NCBI RefSeq assembly: GCF_009914755.1
Contig: NC_060947.1
DNA length: 64,000 nt
Strand: one strand, 5' to 3'
From: the human T2T-CHM13v2.0 reference genome, Homo sapiens
Below, piece after piece: positions 26,310-40,756 of the stretch. The notes below the pieces were generated by a model. It was not told where the DNA came from. It ran no database searches and saw nothing but the letters and a program-made list of their open reading frames with translations. The position numbers and the translations under genes are program-made. The stretch's first letter is position 1; every line of letters starts with the position of its first letter.

Positions 26310-27179
26310 GTTTCAAAATCTGGGAAGGATCTGAGATTTTACTCTGCTTTTAAGCTGTCTGCCACAGCTTCATGGATGCTGGTAGACAGGAGACTACTGG
26401 GTCACAGACTTTAAGATGGTCAACTTAGCCTGGATTATCCATGTGGTCCTGATCTAATCACATGAATCCTTAAAAGTGGAGAATCTTTCCTAGCTGGTGT
26501 CAGAAAAAGGATGTCCATCTTTCTTTCTGGATAATCCACGATAAGGTGTCTATTTCAAGGTCTCTGACCCAGTAGTCTCAGGTCCGGAGAAGAACCACCT
26601 TGCTGGCCTTGAAGATAGGGGAAGGAGGCTGTGTGCCAAGAAATGAGGGGAGCCTTAAGAAACTGGAATAGGCAAGGAATTTTTTTTCCCTAGAGAGTCT
26701 AGAAAGAATACAGGTCTGCTGACATCTTCATTTTTTCTCAATGAGATCTAGGTCTGTCTTCTGACTTCCAGAACTGTAAAATAATATAATTGTGTTGTTT
26801 TAAACCACAAAGTTTGTGGTAATTTTTTTTTTACAGCAGCAGTAGAAAACTAATAACAATCACTAGCCAGAGTGTCAGCATTTTGGTGCAATTCCCCAAG
26901 CTCCAATTCCCACAGGGTAATGTAAAGAATGCCAGGCAATACCTACTTATGCAGGTTGCCTTACAGGAGAGGAACCTTAGGTTTAGGAAACTTGAATCTT
27001 TTGTAATGAGAAGTAATCATGCTTGTGCTTTGTCGCAGAGAGAGACACTATCTCTGTCTCTCAAGGTCGTTTACTATATGAACAACCTTGAAAAGTTTGT
27101 CTGAAACAAAGGGCAACTGGTGTCTCACTTGCAAGATATGCAGAAACACAAAAGACCCGTGGAGAGTTGTCTCCCAACA
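26310..27179 (-). mobile_element. LTR40-like ERVL LTR interrupted by MLT1D
   Basis: Reverse start TGTTGGGAGACAACTCTCC; reverse end GCATCCATGAAGCTGTGGCAG...AAAATCTCAGATCCTTC. Confidence 0.8.
26410..26857 (+). mobile_element. MLT1D-like MaLR LTR (5'-deleted, internally rearranged)
   Basis: CTGGATTATCC...CTAATCACATGAATCCTTAAAAGTGGAGAA...CCAGAACTGTAA...TTACAGCAGCAGTAGAAAACTAA; similar to the copy at 51283. Confidence 0.88.
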
Positions 27180-28234
27180 CAAGATGCCACCCAAATTCAT
27201 TACTCAAGTGTTTCTGCAACATCATGGAGTTTTCATAATTCAAACTGAGTGACTTTGTGCGGTTTTTAGCATAACAATAGGTGATGAAATTAATAAAGGT
27301 TGATAGAGCTGTATAAGAAATATCTGCTAATGAGATTTTTTAAATCCATTATTATAAGATCAAAATTAATATGAGCATATGCTGGGCTTGTTATATTTCT
27401 AACGGTAAACACACATGCACACACAGAGAAATATACCTTTATTAATGAAATTGCTACAGGTAAGAGAATTTCATTATTCCTAACTCTTTGGACTGTAAAA
27501 ACACTTTTCCACTTGAAACAATTGTTTTCATTATGGAATTTTTAATAATAGAAGGTTTCTCATTATTCTCACTATCAAATTATAGCAAAAGCAGACTGTG
27601 CTTTCTAGATAGTAAGATTTATTTTTCCATAAAACTTAGAAAATACATTTTATTGGAATCTTGGTTAAATTGGCCAGAGTTGCAAAGGAATGAGTATGAA
27701 TTGCATTTTTCAGTAAAAGCAGCTGAAAATACCTAGTGTATGATATACTTTCTTGTCTTTTTTTGAGTTGGTAGGTTAAATTAAGCCCTAGTCGCTCATT
27801 TAGAAGAACCATTTTACATGTTCTTGCTGTTATTAAATGAAATAGTATCTATAAATAAAGACATGTTTCCAACAGCAGTAGAAAATATACTGGGTCATGC
27901 AATTTACCTCATAAACATTACAGTCACCATGGTTACCATTGTAGTCCCTAAGTCCGAAGGGCCTCCATTCTGCTCAGTTTAGCTAATGTTTATGAAATTC
28001 CTTCTAAGTCATCTTCTACCAAAATAGACTTATCTAGGTCTACTCCTGGGAATGTCCAGGAAATTCCATATCCTCTCAGTATTTTGAAGAAAACATTCAC
28101 GTTTACCATTCAGTCTCTTTGGAGACTAAAATCACACTAGAGAGCAGTTTAAGAACTGACCCTTAACCGTTTTAGCAGAGAAGAAAAAGGTTCTGCTTCT
28201 GAAACTCTAGTTCGGATACCCTTCTTCGATTCCC

Positions 28235-28997
<763 letters not shown>

Positions 28998-30482
28998 ATG
29001 TCCACTATTACTATGAAACATTCCAGAGTTAATTCTGGGTGAGAACACATAAAATTTTGGAATAAATGGTTTCCAGATCACATAGCCTTTGCATAGTCCA
29101 TAGATTTTTGGATGTTAGATATAAGGAGTCACATATTCAATAAACATAAATTGAACACCAACTGTTTCTCAAGCATAGTGTTTAATGAGAGGTGAAATTT
29201 GTTCTCAAGTAATTCACATGCAGGATAGTGATAAGGGATAGTGATAAAGCCTTGTTAAAGATGAAGCTGGGAAGGTGGAAGGGACCAGATCATGAGGAGA
29301 CCTTTCTGTTCTGCTTAGAAGTTTTGCTTCAAACAGACAGAAGAGGAGAACTGTTGAAGGCATTCAAGACAACTAGGACTCCATTATACTGATGTTTACT
29401 CAAGACTTGGATTTTCAGAACCTAAACACTGCAGTGAAGCCAGCACTCAAATAGAAAAATTGAACATTATTGGTACATTCCTAAGGCTTCTCCCACATCC
29501 ATTTAGTCACTGTCCCCACCAAAGGTAACCATTATCTTAACTCCTCTTTTTTCAAATTTATATATTTACTTTATATGACCCTGAGTTAGTTTGGCCTGTT
29601 TTTGCATTTTATGTAACTTGAATGAAACAGTATTGAACTATTTTGTTTCTAGTGTCTCTGGCTCAACATTGCTTGTGAGATGCATTCATGATCTTCTATA
29701 GATTTTCTTATTCTCATTGCTATGTAGCCTTCTTTTGTATGAATATTCCACAGTTTATTCACATTCTATTGTTGATGAACATCTAGGTTGTTTCCAGTTT
29801 TTAGTTTCTATGACTAGCTCTGCTAAGAAAACTCTTGTTTATATCTTTTTGATGAATTCATATATGCATTTTCATTGCATATATACTAAAGAAGTGGGCT
29901 TGCCGGGTAAGTGTATGTTCAGCTTCAGTAGGTACTGACAAAGTAGTTGTACCAATTCACCCTACCACCAGCAGTATATGAGAGCTCTAACTTATTCCAC
30001 ATTTTTGCCAACATTCATATTGTCACTCTGTTGCATTGTAGCCATTTGAATGGTCTTTAGTTGCATCTTATTTTGATTTTAATATGTTTCCCAGATAAAG
30101 GATAATGTTGAGCATACTTTCATATTTTATTGGATATTTAAGTATTTGAATATTTCCTTTATAAAGTGACTATTCAAAAATTTTCCTTGTTTGTTTTATT
30201 ATTTTACCATAGATTGTTTTGAAGTGTGCTATGTAACATCTAAATATTTGGTAACTTTCTAGATATTATATTCTTACTGATTTCTGATTTAATTACTGTG
30301 ATCATAAAATGCAACTTGCATGATTTTGAGCTTATGAAATTAATTAGAATTTTTTGTATGGTCCTGAATATGTCCAAGTGTGTGTTATGTGTACATTTTT
30401 TAAAATTCTGTGTTTGCAGTTGTTGGATGTAATATTCAAAAAGAAAAACATTAATTAGGACAAGTTTGTTGACAGTGTTTGT

Positions 30483-31257
30483 CACAGGCTGAGTTATACA
30501 AAAGCGGATACTGAGAATAAATTTTCTGTGTAAGATACTTATTAAAGATCAACATTTGTGAATGGGGGGTAAGAAAGGAAATCCTGCCATTTGTGATGAC
30601 AGATGAAACTGGAGGGCATTATGCTAAGTGAAAGCAGCCAGACGCAGAAAGACAAACACCGTATGGTCTTCCTAATATATGGAATCTAAAAAAGTCTAGA
30701 TCATAGGAACAGAAGAGAATGGTGGTTGCCAGGAGTTAGTGGGGAGTGGTGGGAGAAATGGGGAGATATTAAACAAAGGGTATAACCTTTCAGTTATAAG
30801 ATAAACAAGTTCTGAAGAATATAATGTACAGCATGAATGATGATGGAAGTGTTAATTGACTGTGATAATCATCACACAATGTATATGTATATCAAACAAT
30901 CACATTGTATACTTTGAATATATACAATCATTTTTCAATTAAATATTTTAAAGTAATAAAAATAAATATTAGGCAAAGGGTAGAAGATGAATTACATTGC
31001 AGTCCCAACAAAGTCTCAGACAATCCCATGGGGCTCTCTGGAATGTATATGGCCCATGGGAATTGTATCTTAGTAGGCTGAAAGGCCTTGATTAGCCATT
31101 AGGTATGGGTCCTTGCCATGGTTAATAACTGGATCTGGGTCTCCCAGGTTAAGGCGTGCCCTTGAATGAGATGGCTCTCTGCAGCTGAGGGAACTGACTT
31201 GGACAACAAATCCTCCCTTGAAGGGGTATTTGAGTGGTTCATCCTCGTGACTGCCAG
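30483..31257 (-). mobile_element. LTR16-like ERVL LTR interrupted by an L1 3' end
   Basis: GATCAACATTTGTG...CAACAAAGTCTCAGACAATCCCATGGGG...GAGATGGCTCTCTGCAGCTGAGG...CCCTTGAAGGGG. Confidence 0.65.
30572..30968 (+). mobile_element. L1MA9/L1MB-type 3' end
   Basis: AAGGAAATCCTGCCATTTG...GGGCATTATGCTAAGTGAAA...TTTCAGTTATAAGATAAACAAGTTCTG...AATAAA. Confidence 0.88.
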
Positions 31258-32244
31258 TGTTATTTAAATCTCTTGTATTTTTACTGATTTTGCTTGTGCT
31301 AGTTCTGTTAAGTTTGTTTCATGTGTTTTAAAGTTGTATTGTTAGGTATAAACTTATTGGTGAATTGAGCCTTTTATCATTACAAAATGGACCCTTGTTA
31401 TCTCTGATAATGCTTCCTGTCTTGGAGTCCATTTTATCTGTTATTTAATATAGCAACAACATTCTTTCTTATACTTAATGATTGTGTGGTATACCTTTTT
31501 CAGTTCTTCAATGTCAACCAGTTTCTGTCTTCAAATTCAAAATGTATTGTTTGTAAATAGCCATGGAGTTTTGTCTTACTTTCAATCTGAAAATTGACCT
31601 TTTGAGTTTTTAGACAATTAAATGTTAATGTAATTATTGATATGGTTGAATTTAAGTCTACCATGTTACTATTTGTTTTCTATGTGTCCTATATATTCTT
31701 TGTTCCTCTTTTCTTTCTTTTGGATTAACCAAATGTTTTTAGTAATCTATTGTATCTCTATTTTATATCAAAATGCTTGTTCTAATAATAAATTATCTCA
31801 TTATAGTCTACTTTAATATTATAAGGAACTTACAATAGTATAATTCCATTTATACCTTCCTCAATAAGTTGACCTGGTAATTTTTTACTTTATGCCAGAC
31901 ATTGTGTATGAAAAATTGTAGATGCTCTAGAAGATATCATCTTTTCCCAATAGAGTTAGCCATATTTTCAGGGAGGAAGAAAGAGTGAAGTCAGATTACC
32001 CTAACTTAACCAGGCACTGATTACCTCAAAACTGCAGTTTTCCCAAGATTACATCTTCCTCAGTTTTACATTCACTGTTAGTGTGGAGACCAGCATGGAT
32101 CCCAACTTAGAGGTTAGTGAACTTACAAGGCATGCCCCCTTTGCTGAGTTCTGAATTTCAGTTCTGCCCTCTCAGCATTGTAAGACTGATATAAATTCTG
32201 TTATGCTTTTATTCAGCAAGGCATGATGTAGTTTTCAAGGATAC

Positions 32245-32731
32245 ATACAGAGAAATACATCCCATCCCATCACATATGTTTTTCTTACAATTTAATGCTG
32301 ACTTCAGGAAGTAGGACCTATGTTCCTTTGAATCTGGGTGGAATTGCTTCTATGGTGAAAACAATGCTATGTGATTTCTGTAACTAAGCTGTAAAAGGCA
32401 ACATGACTTCCTTCCACCTGACCTTTTTGGGATATTCTCTCTTGGAACCAAGCCACAGTCTCGTAGAAAAGCCATGGGAAAGTCTTTAGATCACAACCTG
32501 CACCAAGATCTAGCGTCAACTGCCAGACATGTAAGTGGTGAGAAAATGAGCCTTCATGTAATTCCAGCCCCGAGACTTCACGCAGCCCCAGCTGACAATG
32601 AGTGAAGCAGAGACAATGTGTCCCTTCCAAAACTTTCCCAAATAGCAGAATCATGAGCAAATTAATGTTGCTGTTGTTTTAGCCTACTCAGTTTTGAGAA
32701 GGTTTGTTACTCAGCAATAGATAATCTAAAC
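32245..32731 (+). mobile_element. MLT1G/H-like MaLR LTR
   Basis: CTTTGAATCTGGG...CTCTTGGAACC...CAACTGCCAGACATGT...TTTGTTACTCAGCAATAGATAA. Confidence 0.8.
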
Positions 32732-33197
32732 ATGCAACTTTCTACGTAGTTTTTTAGCTGCTTATTAGATTTGAACAAATACCTTGAGACTAGCGCTGCC
32801 AAGTATTGGGAGTCACTGGTATTCCCCACTTTTCACCAGGATCTCAGCCCCTTATATCCTGGCTGCTTTGTCAGTCCCAAACTCCAATCTTTGTTTCTTA
32901 AGCCCCAAGAGATTGCCAAACTGTCTCTGTTGGCTTCTTTGCTTCTTGACTATAGCTTTCTGACAGAATCTCAGTGTCTTACCCAGTGCCAAGAAGCTGC
33001 AGATGCCAGAATAGGGAAATGAGCTTATAGCATGTTGGCTTAACTCTCTGCACTTCCTTCACTCAGGAATCTTAGACTCTTAAATAGATCTTCTCTTGTT
33101 TATTTTTCTTTTTCATCTGGTTGCTGTCAATGGCAACATTGGCCCTCCACAATTACTCTATCAGTACTGAAAGTGGAAGTATATATTATTGCATATT

Positions 33198-33608
33198 TTT
33201 ATTTTTTTTTTATTTTACTTTAAGTTCTGGGATATACGTGCTGAACATGCAGGTAGTACCATGGTGTTTTGCTGCACTTATCAACCCGTCATCTAGGTTT
33301 TAAGCCCCGCATGCATTAGGTATTTGTCCTAATGCTCTCCCTCCCCTTTCCCCCAACCCCTCGACAGGCCCCGGCATGTGATGTTCCCCTCCCTGTGACC
33401 GTGTGTTCTCATTGTTCAACTCCCACTTATGAGTGAGCACATGCAGTGTTTGGTTTTCTGTTCCTGTGTTAGTTTGCGAAGGATGATGGTTTCCAGCTTC
33501 ACCCATGTCCCTGCAAAGGACGTGAACTCATTCTTTTTTATGGCTGCATAGTATTCCATGGTGTATATGTGCCACATTTTCTTTATCCAGTCTATCATTG
33601 ATGGGCAT
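33198..33608 (-). mobile_element. L1PA8-like 3' end
   Basis: CCCGTCATCTAGGTTTTAAGCCCCGCATGCATTAGG; minus ORF DWIKKMWHIYTMEYYAAIKKNE is the ORF2p C-terminus. Confidence 0.93.
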
Positions 33609-34910
33609 TTTAAAAGATCTCCCTAGTGTTAATGTAGAGAAAAGATTGGGAGAGACCAATCAGAAGTAATGGACAATAATCTGGGTGGGAATTGATGATG
33701 GAGAGAGTTATCATAAAAGCAGCGAGGCTAGAAAAAATTATTAAAAGTATTTAATGAATGATTAGAACATACAATTTGCAGTTTCGTACGAGTATAAAGG
33801 ACAAAAAAGTATTTGAGAGCTTTGTAAAATTCTTGCATGAACACTGTGGTATGTGTTAAGATTCACTTAGATAAAGCATATTTCACATAAGGGGGTGACA
33901 CACAGAGATATTGTGTTAAATGTGAAACTCGTTCTGTTTCAGTTGTGGTTACAATATTTAGGTGGAGATGGCCAATTGCCGGTGAATTTAAAATTCAGAG
34001 CAGAAATCTCAACTACAAATAAAAAGAGAATTGGGAGACCAGTTTATCAGTAGCATTTTGACACACAGAAGTGGATAAAAATCACCTCAAGAAGAGCACG
34101 TGGTAAGAAAGAAAATAGGTGAGCCTAGGAAAGAACAAACTTGCTTTGGCACCCCTTGGAAGAATGTAAAATGAAGTAAAACCACAAACATCAGTTTCAT
34201 GGTTCTCTTAATTTTCTCATATTGCTTTGCTTCTCCAATATAGACTTAGACGAATGTCTCCCAATGTGCAGAATACCCCTTTTTAAGTGAAAAGAGAGAA
34301 ACATCTGAAATGATATGAGTCAGAGGAAAAGAGAATAGTTTCCTGTGGTTCTCAATTTTAAACAATATAAAGTGGCTGAAATAACTTAGATAAACGATTA
34401 TATGCCCATATTACAACCCATGCTTACAATCTTGATTGACAGGGAAAATCAAACACTCCAGAAAACATACAATCATAATTTCAGTGGATTCATTTCAAAA
34501 AGAAAAACTAAGTTAATAGAAATATTATGAAATATAGGTAAAGCAATAGTGGCAAAAACAAGAGAGAATGTGTGATATTATAAAAAGTTTATCACCAACA
34601 AATAAAATTTATTTTGGGGAAAATTACAATATGGAATGCATTCTTTAGTCCACAACCTCAACTACATGCTATAAATTGCTTGATTAAAAATACTTGAAAT
34701 TCCATTTTAACTCTATTCATATTGGGACACAGTAATTCAACATGTTACAGAGACTTTTAAAGACTACCATTTCTAAAAAAGATAAAAAATATTTAATCAA
34801 ATAAGTTATGGTAAATAAAATTATATGAAAATATATGCCATCTACAGTGGACAGCTTTGTTTATCAACCTATTTATTTCTCCTTTTTCTGGAATTAAAAT
34901 CTTTATTTTC

Positions 34911-35207
34911 AGCTGGGCGCGGTGGCTCATGCCTGTAATCCCAGCACTTTGGGAGGCCGAAGCGGGTGGATAACTGGAGGTCAGGAGTATGAGACCAGCC
35001 TGGCCAACATGAGACAGCCTGGCCTTGTCTCTACTAAAAATACAAAAATTAGCCGGGCATGGTGGCACGCGCCTGTAATCCCAGCTACTCAGGAGGCTGA
35101 GGCAGGAGTATCGCTTGAACCTGGGAGGCGGAGGTGCGGTGGGCCACAATTGCAAGACTGCACTCCAGCCTGGGTGACAGAGTGAGACTCCATCTCAAAA
35201 AAAAAAA
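34911..35207 (+). mobile_element. AluS SINE with internal duplication
   Basis: TSD AAAATCTTTATTT on both sides; GAGAC(C)AGCCTGGCC duplicated at 34989-35024. Confidence 0.95.
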
Positions 35208-35299
35208 TCTTTATTTACTTTAGACAACCAAATCTACTTACATATTTTTGGGGGCTTACTAGCTCGAGAGGCAAGCAAATGTCCTCCCAGTGTATTGTA

Positions 35300-35832
35300 T
35301 TTCCCTAGCCACAAGGTTTGGTTAAAGCATGATGAGGTAACCCAAAACCAGCATCAACCATATAGTTTTGCTGGAAACATTAGGAACGAAATGTTTCCAG
35401 TGAGGATGCCAAGTGGAAATACATAAGCCTGGAGTTGCTTGTGTTCATCTTGTTGTGGTCCCACTCATCCCCAGTTGTCCAGGACAATCCTACTTCATGC
35501 CTGTAATCCCAGTGTATTTAGTAATAACATTGCCCTGGTTTGGATAATAAATTACACAGTAACTTTATTCTTTGAAGAAAACTTACCTAAGAAAACATTT
35601 AAAATTAAAGAAAGCAAACCTGAAAGATGGAAAGTAACCAACAGACTGTTAACAATATCATTTGAGTAATCTGAGCCTGGTGTACCTGAGACCAGGTCTA
35701 CCCTTCAATTTTTTTCTTCTATGTGAGCAAAAATAATAATAATAATAAAATAAATATATATATGTATATCTTGTATTTCATAATGGGGTTTAAATTGGAT
35801 TTCTGCCACTTGCAATTGAAACAGTACTGATT
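35300..35832 (+). mobile_element. MLT1K/L-like MaLR LTR containing a MER94/Blackjack-like MITE (~35455-35567)
   Basis: TAAGCCTGGAGTTGCT...ATCATTTGAG...TACCTGA...TTCTGCCACTTGCAA; insert ends CCTGGTTTGGATAATAAATTA. Confidence 0.6.
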
Positions 35833-36301
35833 ATTAATGTATGCTATGTTAAAAGTTTGCTTAATGACAAGAAAAGGTACACATTTATACAGAGATTTAC
35901 TTACTTCAGAAGGGCATCTTAAGGATAAGAAGCTGAGACTTCTTTATTGTATTAAAAACCTAGAAACACTAACCATTCTTCTGATACTAAATCACTAAAT
36001 CTCGGTTTAAGTTAATAATTTAATGTTAGTGATTTGCAGGGATCTTCTGTTTGAAATACCATCACGTCTTTCATTATTAGCAACCCCTACTCATCTTTCA
36101 AGACTTATGAAACAAGCCTTGTCTCCTCAAAGATGCCCAGTTGAACAGCCAGGTGGAAAAACATGCCCTTCAATGTGCCTCCATGCTACAGAACTCTGCG
36201 AACTCCATCATAATAACACCTACCATCTTATATTTTAAATTTGTTTTGTTGAGGTGTGTTTTACATATATTTAAATTCATCCATTAGAAGCATACAGTTC
36301 T

Positions 36302-36593
36302 GGCCGGGCGCGGTGGCTCACGCCTGTAATCCCAGCACTTTGGGAGGCTGAGGCTGGTGGATCACGAGGTCAGGAGTTCAAGACTAGCCTGGCCAAGACG
36401 GTGAAACGCTGTCTCTACTAAAAATACAAAAATTAGCCTGGCATGGTGGCAGGCACCTGTAATCCCAGCTACTCAGGAGGCTGAGGCAGAGAATTGCTTG
36501 AACCCTGGAGGCGGAGGTTGCAGTGAGCTGAGATCTCGCCACTGCACTCCAGCCTGGGCGACAGAAGGAGACTCCGTCTCAAAAAAAAAAAAA
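36302..36593 (+). mobile_element. AluS (Sg/Sc-like) SINE
   Basis: TSD AGAAGCATACAGTTCT at 36286-36301 and 36594-36609. Confidence 0.96.
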
Positions 36594-36619
36594 AGAAGCA
36601 TACAGTTCTGTGAGTGTTT

Positions 36620-36996
36620 TAATTTATTTTTAATTGACAAATAGCTGTAATATTTATGGGGTACAATGTGATATTTTTAATCTATGTATACATTGTAGAA
36701 AGATTACTTCAAGCTAATTAACACATCTATCACCTAACTAGCTTATACATTTTTGGTGACGAGAACATTTTAAAAATCTATATTTTTTAGCAATTTTGAA
36801 ATTTAAAACACCTTATTAACTATGGCCACCATACAGTGCAAAAAATCACTAAAACCTATTCCTCCAGTTTAACTGAAACTTTGTATCCTTTCATCAATAT
36901 CTCCCCTTTCCTCATCCCTACCACCCCCACCTACTTCTAGTAATAATCACCTTTCTACTCCTCGTTTCTATAAAATTGACTTTTTTAGGTTCAACA
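36620..36996 (-). mobile_element. L1MA-type 3' end nested in the older L1
   Basis: TTAATTGACAAATA...TATGGGGTACAATGTG...AACTGAAACTTTGTATCCTTT; flanked by GTGTTTT. Confidence 0.85.
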
Positions 36997-37806
36997 TGTG
37001 TTTTGATAAATGCATACAGTCTTGTAATTACCATGAAAATCAATATGCAAAATAGTTTCACCCTCTTCCCCAAAGTTTCCTCTGTCCTCTTTACATTCCA
37101 TCTTCTTCCTCAACTCCAGCCCCTGGTAATTACTGATCTTTTTTCTGTTACTATACTTTTTTCCTATTCTAGAATTTCATATAAATTGAATGGCAAAAGT
37201 TGTAGGCTTTTGTGTCTTCATTCTTTCTCTTAACATAATGCTTTTGAGATTTGTCTATATTGTTAATTGTGTCAATACTTTATGCCTGAATAATATTCTT
37301 TTGTATGGATATATTATAATTTGTTTATCTATTCACCTGTTGATGGACAATTGGGATGTTTTCAATTTGGGAGAATTTTAAACAAAATTTGCTTCAACTT
37401 TTGAGTATACATCATTGTGTAGACTTGTGTTTCAATTGTTCATGTGTAAATCCCTCTCATATGATACACAAGTGAACCATATTAATGTAAGATATTAATA
37501 ATAGAAGCTGGGTGCAAGGTATATGGGAACTCCCTGTACTATTTTCATTTTTATAAATCTAAAACTATCCTAAAATATTTATTTTACAAATGTATAAAAT
37601 ATTTGAATAGACACCATATCATCAAATAATACCTATAAATGGCAAATATACACAGAAAAAGACGCTCACCATTACTAGTTATTAAATTAAATTAAATTAA
37701 ATTAAAACCTATTTATTTACGTCTGCTTTAATAACTCTGTGATGATTTGTAGTTCTGCAGTTCACAGTGCCAGAAGATATACTTTTTGTTAAATTTATCT
37801 CTAGGT

Positions 37807-38166
<360 letters not shown>

Positions 38167-38699
38167 CTACAAATTCAGTTGTATGTCTGTCTTCCTTTCT
38201 ACTAATCAGTATTCCTTGTATTTTTCCTTGCCTTATTGCACTGGCTACAACCTGCAGTACAAGGTAGAATAAAAGTGTTGAGAGCAAACATCTGTGATTT
38301 CTTCCTCATCTTAGGGGGAAAGCTTTCAGACTTTCATCATTAAGTATGATTTCAGCTGTTGGTTTTTGTAAATTTTTTTGGTCAGGTTAAGGAAGGTCCC
38401 TTCCATTTCTAGTTTCCAAGAGTTTTATTGTTTTTGGGAGGAATGGTTGGTAAATTTTGTCAGATGCTTTTTATGAATCTAATGAGATGATTTCGTGTTT
38501 TTTTAAAAAATTTGTTTAATATGATGAATTACATCAATTTGTTTCTACTTTTAAACCAGTCTTGTGTTCCTGGAATTAAACCTACTTTATCATAAAACAT
38601 TATTTTCTTTATATGCTGCTAGACTCCATTAGCTAAAATTTTGGTAAGGTTTTCTGCATTTAGATTTACAAGAAATATGGACATATAGTTTTTCCTTTC

Positions 38700-39038
38700 C
38701 TTATTTCTTTCTTTCTTTCTTTTTTCTTTTCTTTTTTTTTTTTTTTTGAGACACAGTCTCCCTCTGTTGCCCAGGCTGGGGTGCAGTGGCACTATCATGG
38801 CTCACTGCAGCCTCAACCTCCTGGGCTCAAGTCATCCTTAGCCTCCCAAGTAGCTGGGACTACAATTGCACACCATCACACCCAGCTTATTTCCTTATTT
38901 TTTGTAGAGATGGGGTTTCACATGTTACCCAGGCTGATCTCAAAATGCCTGGGCTGAAACTACCCACCTGCTTCGGCCTCCCAAAATGCTAGGATTACAA
39001 AATGCTGGGATTACAGGTGTGAGTCACCATACATGGCC
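38700..39038 (-). mobile_element. AluJ SINE
   Basis: ATCATGGCTCACTGCAGCCTCAACC; AAATGCT(A/G)GGATTACA duplicated near the 5' end. Confidence 0.92.
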
Positions 39039-40116
39039 TATAGTTTCCTTTTCTTGTAATGTCTTTTTCTAGTTTAGGGTAACGGTGGTTAACAGTGGGG
39101 AGATTTTTGACCACAGGGTATTCATTACACCCTTGGGATGATAAGGGCCTGTCTCTTTTCACTTAATATTCAACATAAGAGACAACACACAGCAAATAAA
39201 TGTACAAAAAGGAAAGTAACCTTCCAAAAATATGAATTTGTATAACAAAATTTGCTTAATTTTTTCATCTATTTAGTATGAAGTAAAATGTAAAAATTAA
39301 TGCTAATATGTAATGCAGAATGTAAGTCCTAGGTAGGAGGACTCGGGCCACTTGATTTGTTTTAGTTTTCCTCAGTGCTCTTTGCTTGAGTTTACCTGGT
39401 GTCTTCTCTGTTCTCTTTATCATCCACTATCTTATGAATATGGTCACTCTTGCCTGCCAACTTAAACAGTCATTATGTAATTCTAAATTTAAAAGACTAT
39501 ATCTTCTATGCAATAGAAAAATTAAAGAGAAAAGAAGAAAAAAACAAATATTTAAATAATTGGTAGTACCTATAGGTTGCAATAATATTCAATTACACTG
39601 TGAACCTTGAGTATAGCTATGTCAAATTTATACCACTAGATGAAAACTGGAACAGAATCTAGAAAAATGAAAGGAGCTGCTGAGGTTCAGCATGTCATAG
39701 GTAGTATTATCGGTATATCCTTTATTACCATTATAACTTTGTTTGCCTCATAAATGTACATTAGAAAAAATTTATAAAACATATATAGATTACAAATTAC
39801 TTTATTCTTAATCTAATTCTTTTTTCTGATGGCATATTTGTTTCTTTGTTTTAATCTTGCTTTTAAAAATATCAGTTTTATGGTTAAATATTCCCAATTC
39901 TTCTTCCATATTACATGACAATTGCATTGACATGGGTCAGTACGCTTGGATTCATGGAACAATTGTACACTACCATTGGTTTAGTAGATGAAATAGACTA
40001 TTACAAAAGGAAATCACTGCAATTGGGGTAAAAGTCCACATTGCCTGAGCCCAACATCCTCACCAGGCAAGTGCATATTGAAGATGAGAATATATATGTG
40101 AGTAAGGGTCCCTTCA

Positions 40117-40491
<375 letters not shown>

Positions 40492-40756
40492 TTAAATAGG
40501 TATGTAGTTGTGTCTGGATATGTAAGGGATACCAATTCTGGATCAGTAGTTCCTCATCAAACATGGTTATACAACATGCAGCAAATTCATAAAAGTCATT
40601 GCATCAAGAAACACTCAGAAATAAACATCTCTGTTATCCTCGACTCTGCAGAGTAAATATGGCCATGTCCAAAAACATTCCTGAATTTCACGTGGTATGT
40701 AACTAAGTAAAGGATCAGTTATTCAGTTATCTCTGGGGGTAAGAAACCAGTACTCG

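Larger units (their letters stand above)
29450..33180 (-). mobile_element. Old L1ME-type element (3' UTR, ORF2 pieces, 5' region) split by LTR insertions
   Basis: L1 3' UTR 29450-30200; ORF2-like 30200-30482 resuming at 31258; 5'-like pieces to GGAAGT at 33180. Confidence 0.7.

Noticed and set aside
39631-39648. CTCF-like CCACTAGATGAAA (and reverse CCACTAGAGGAAC at ~20353-20366)
   Set aside because: Both miss the key GGC at the 3' end of the core motif.
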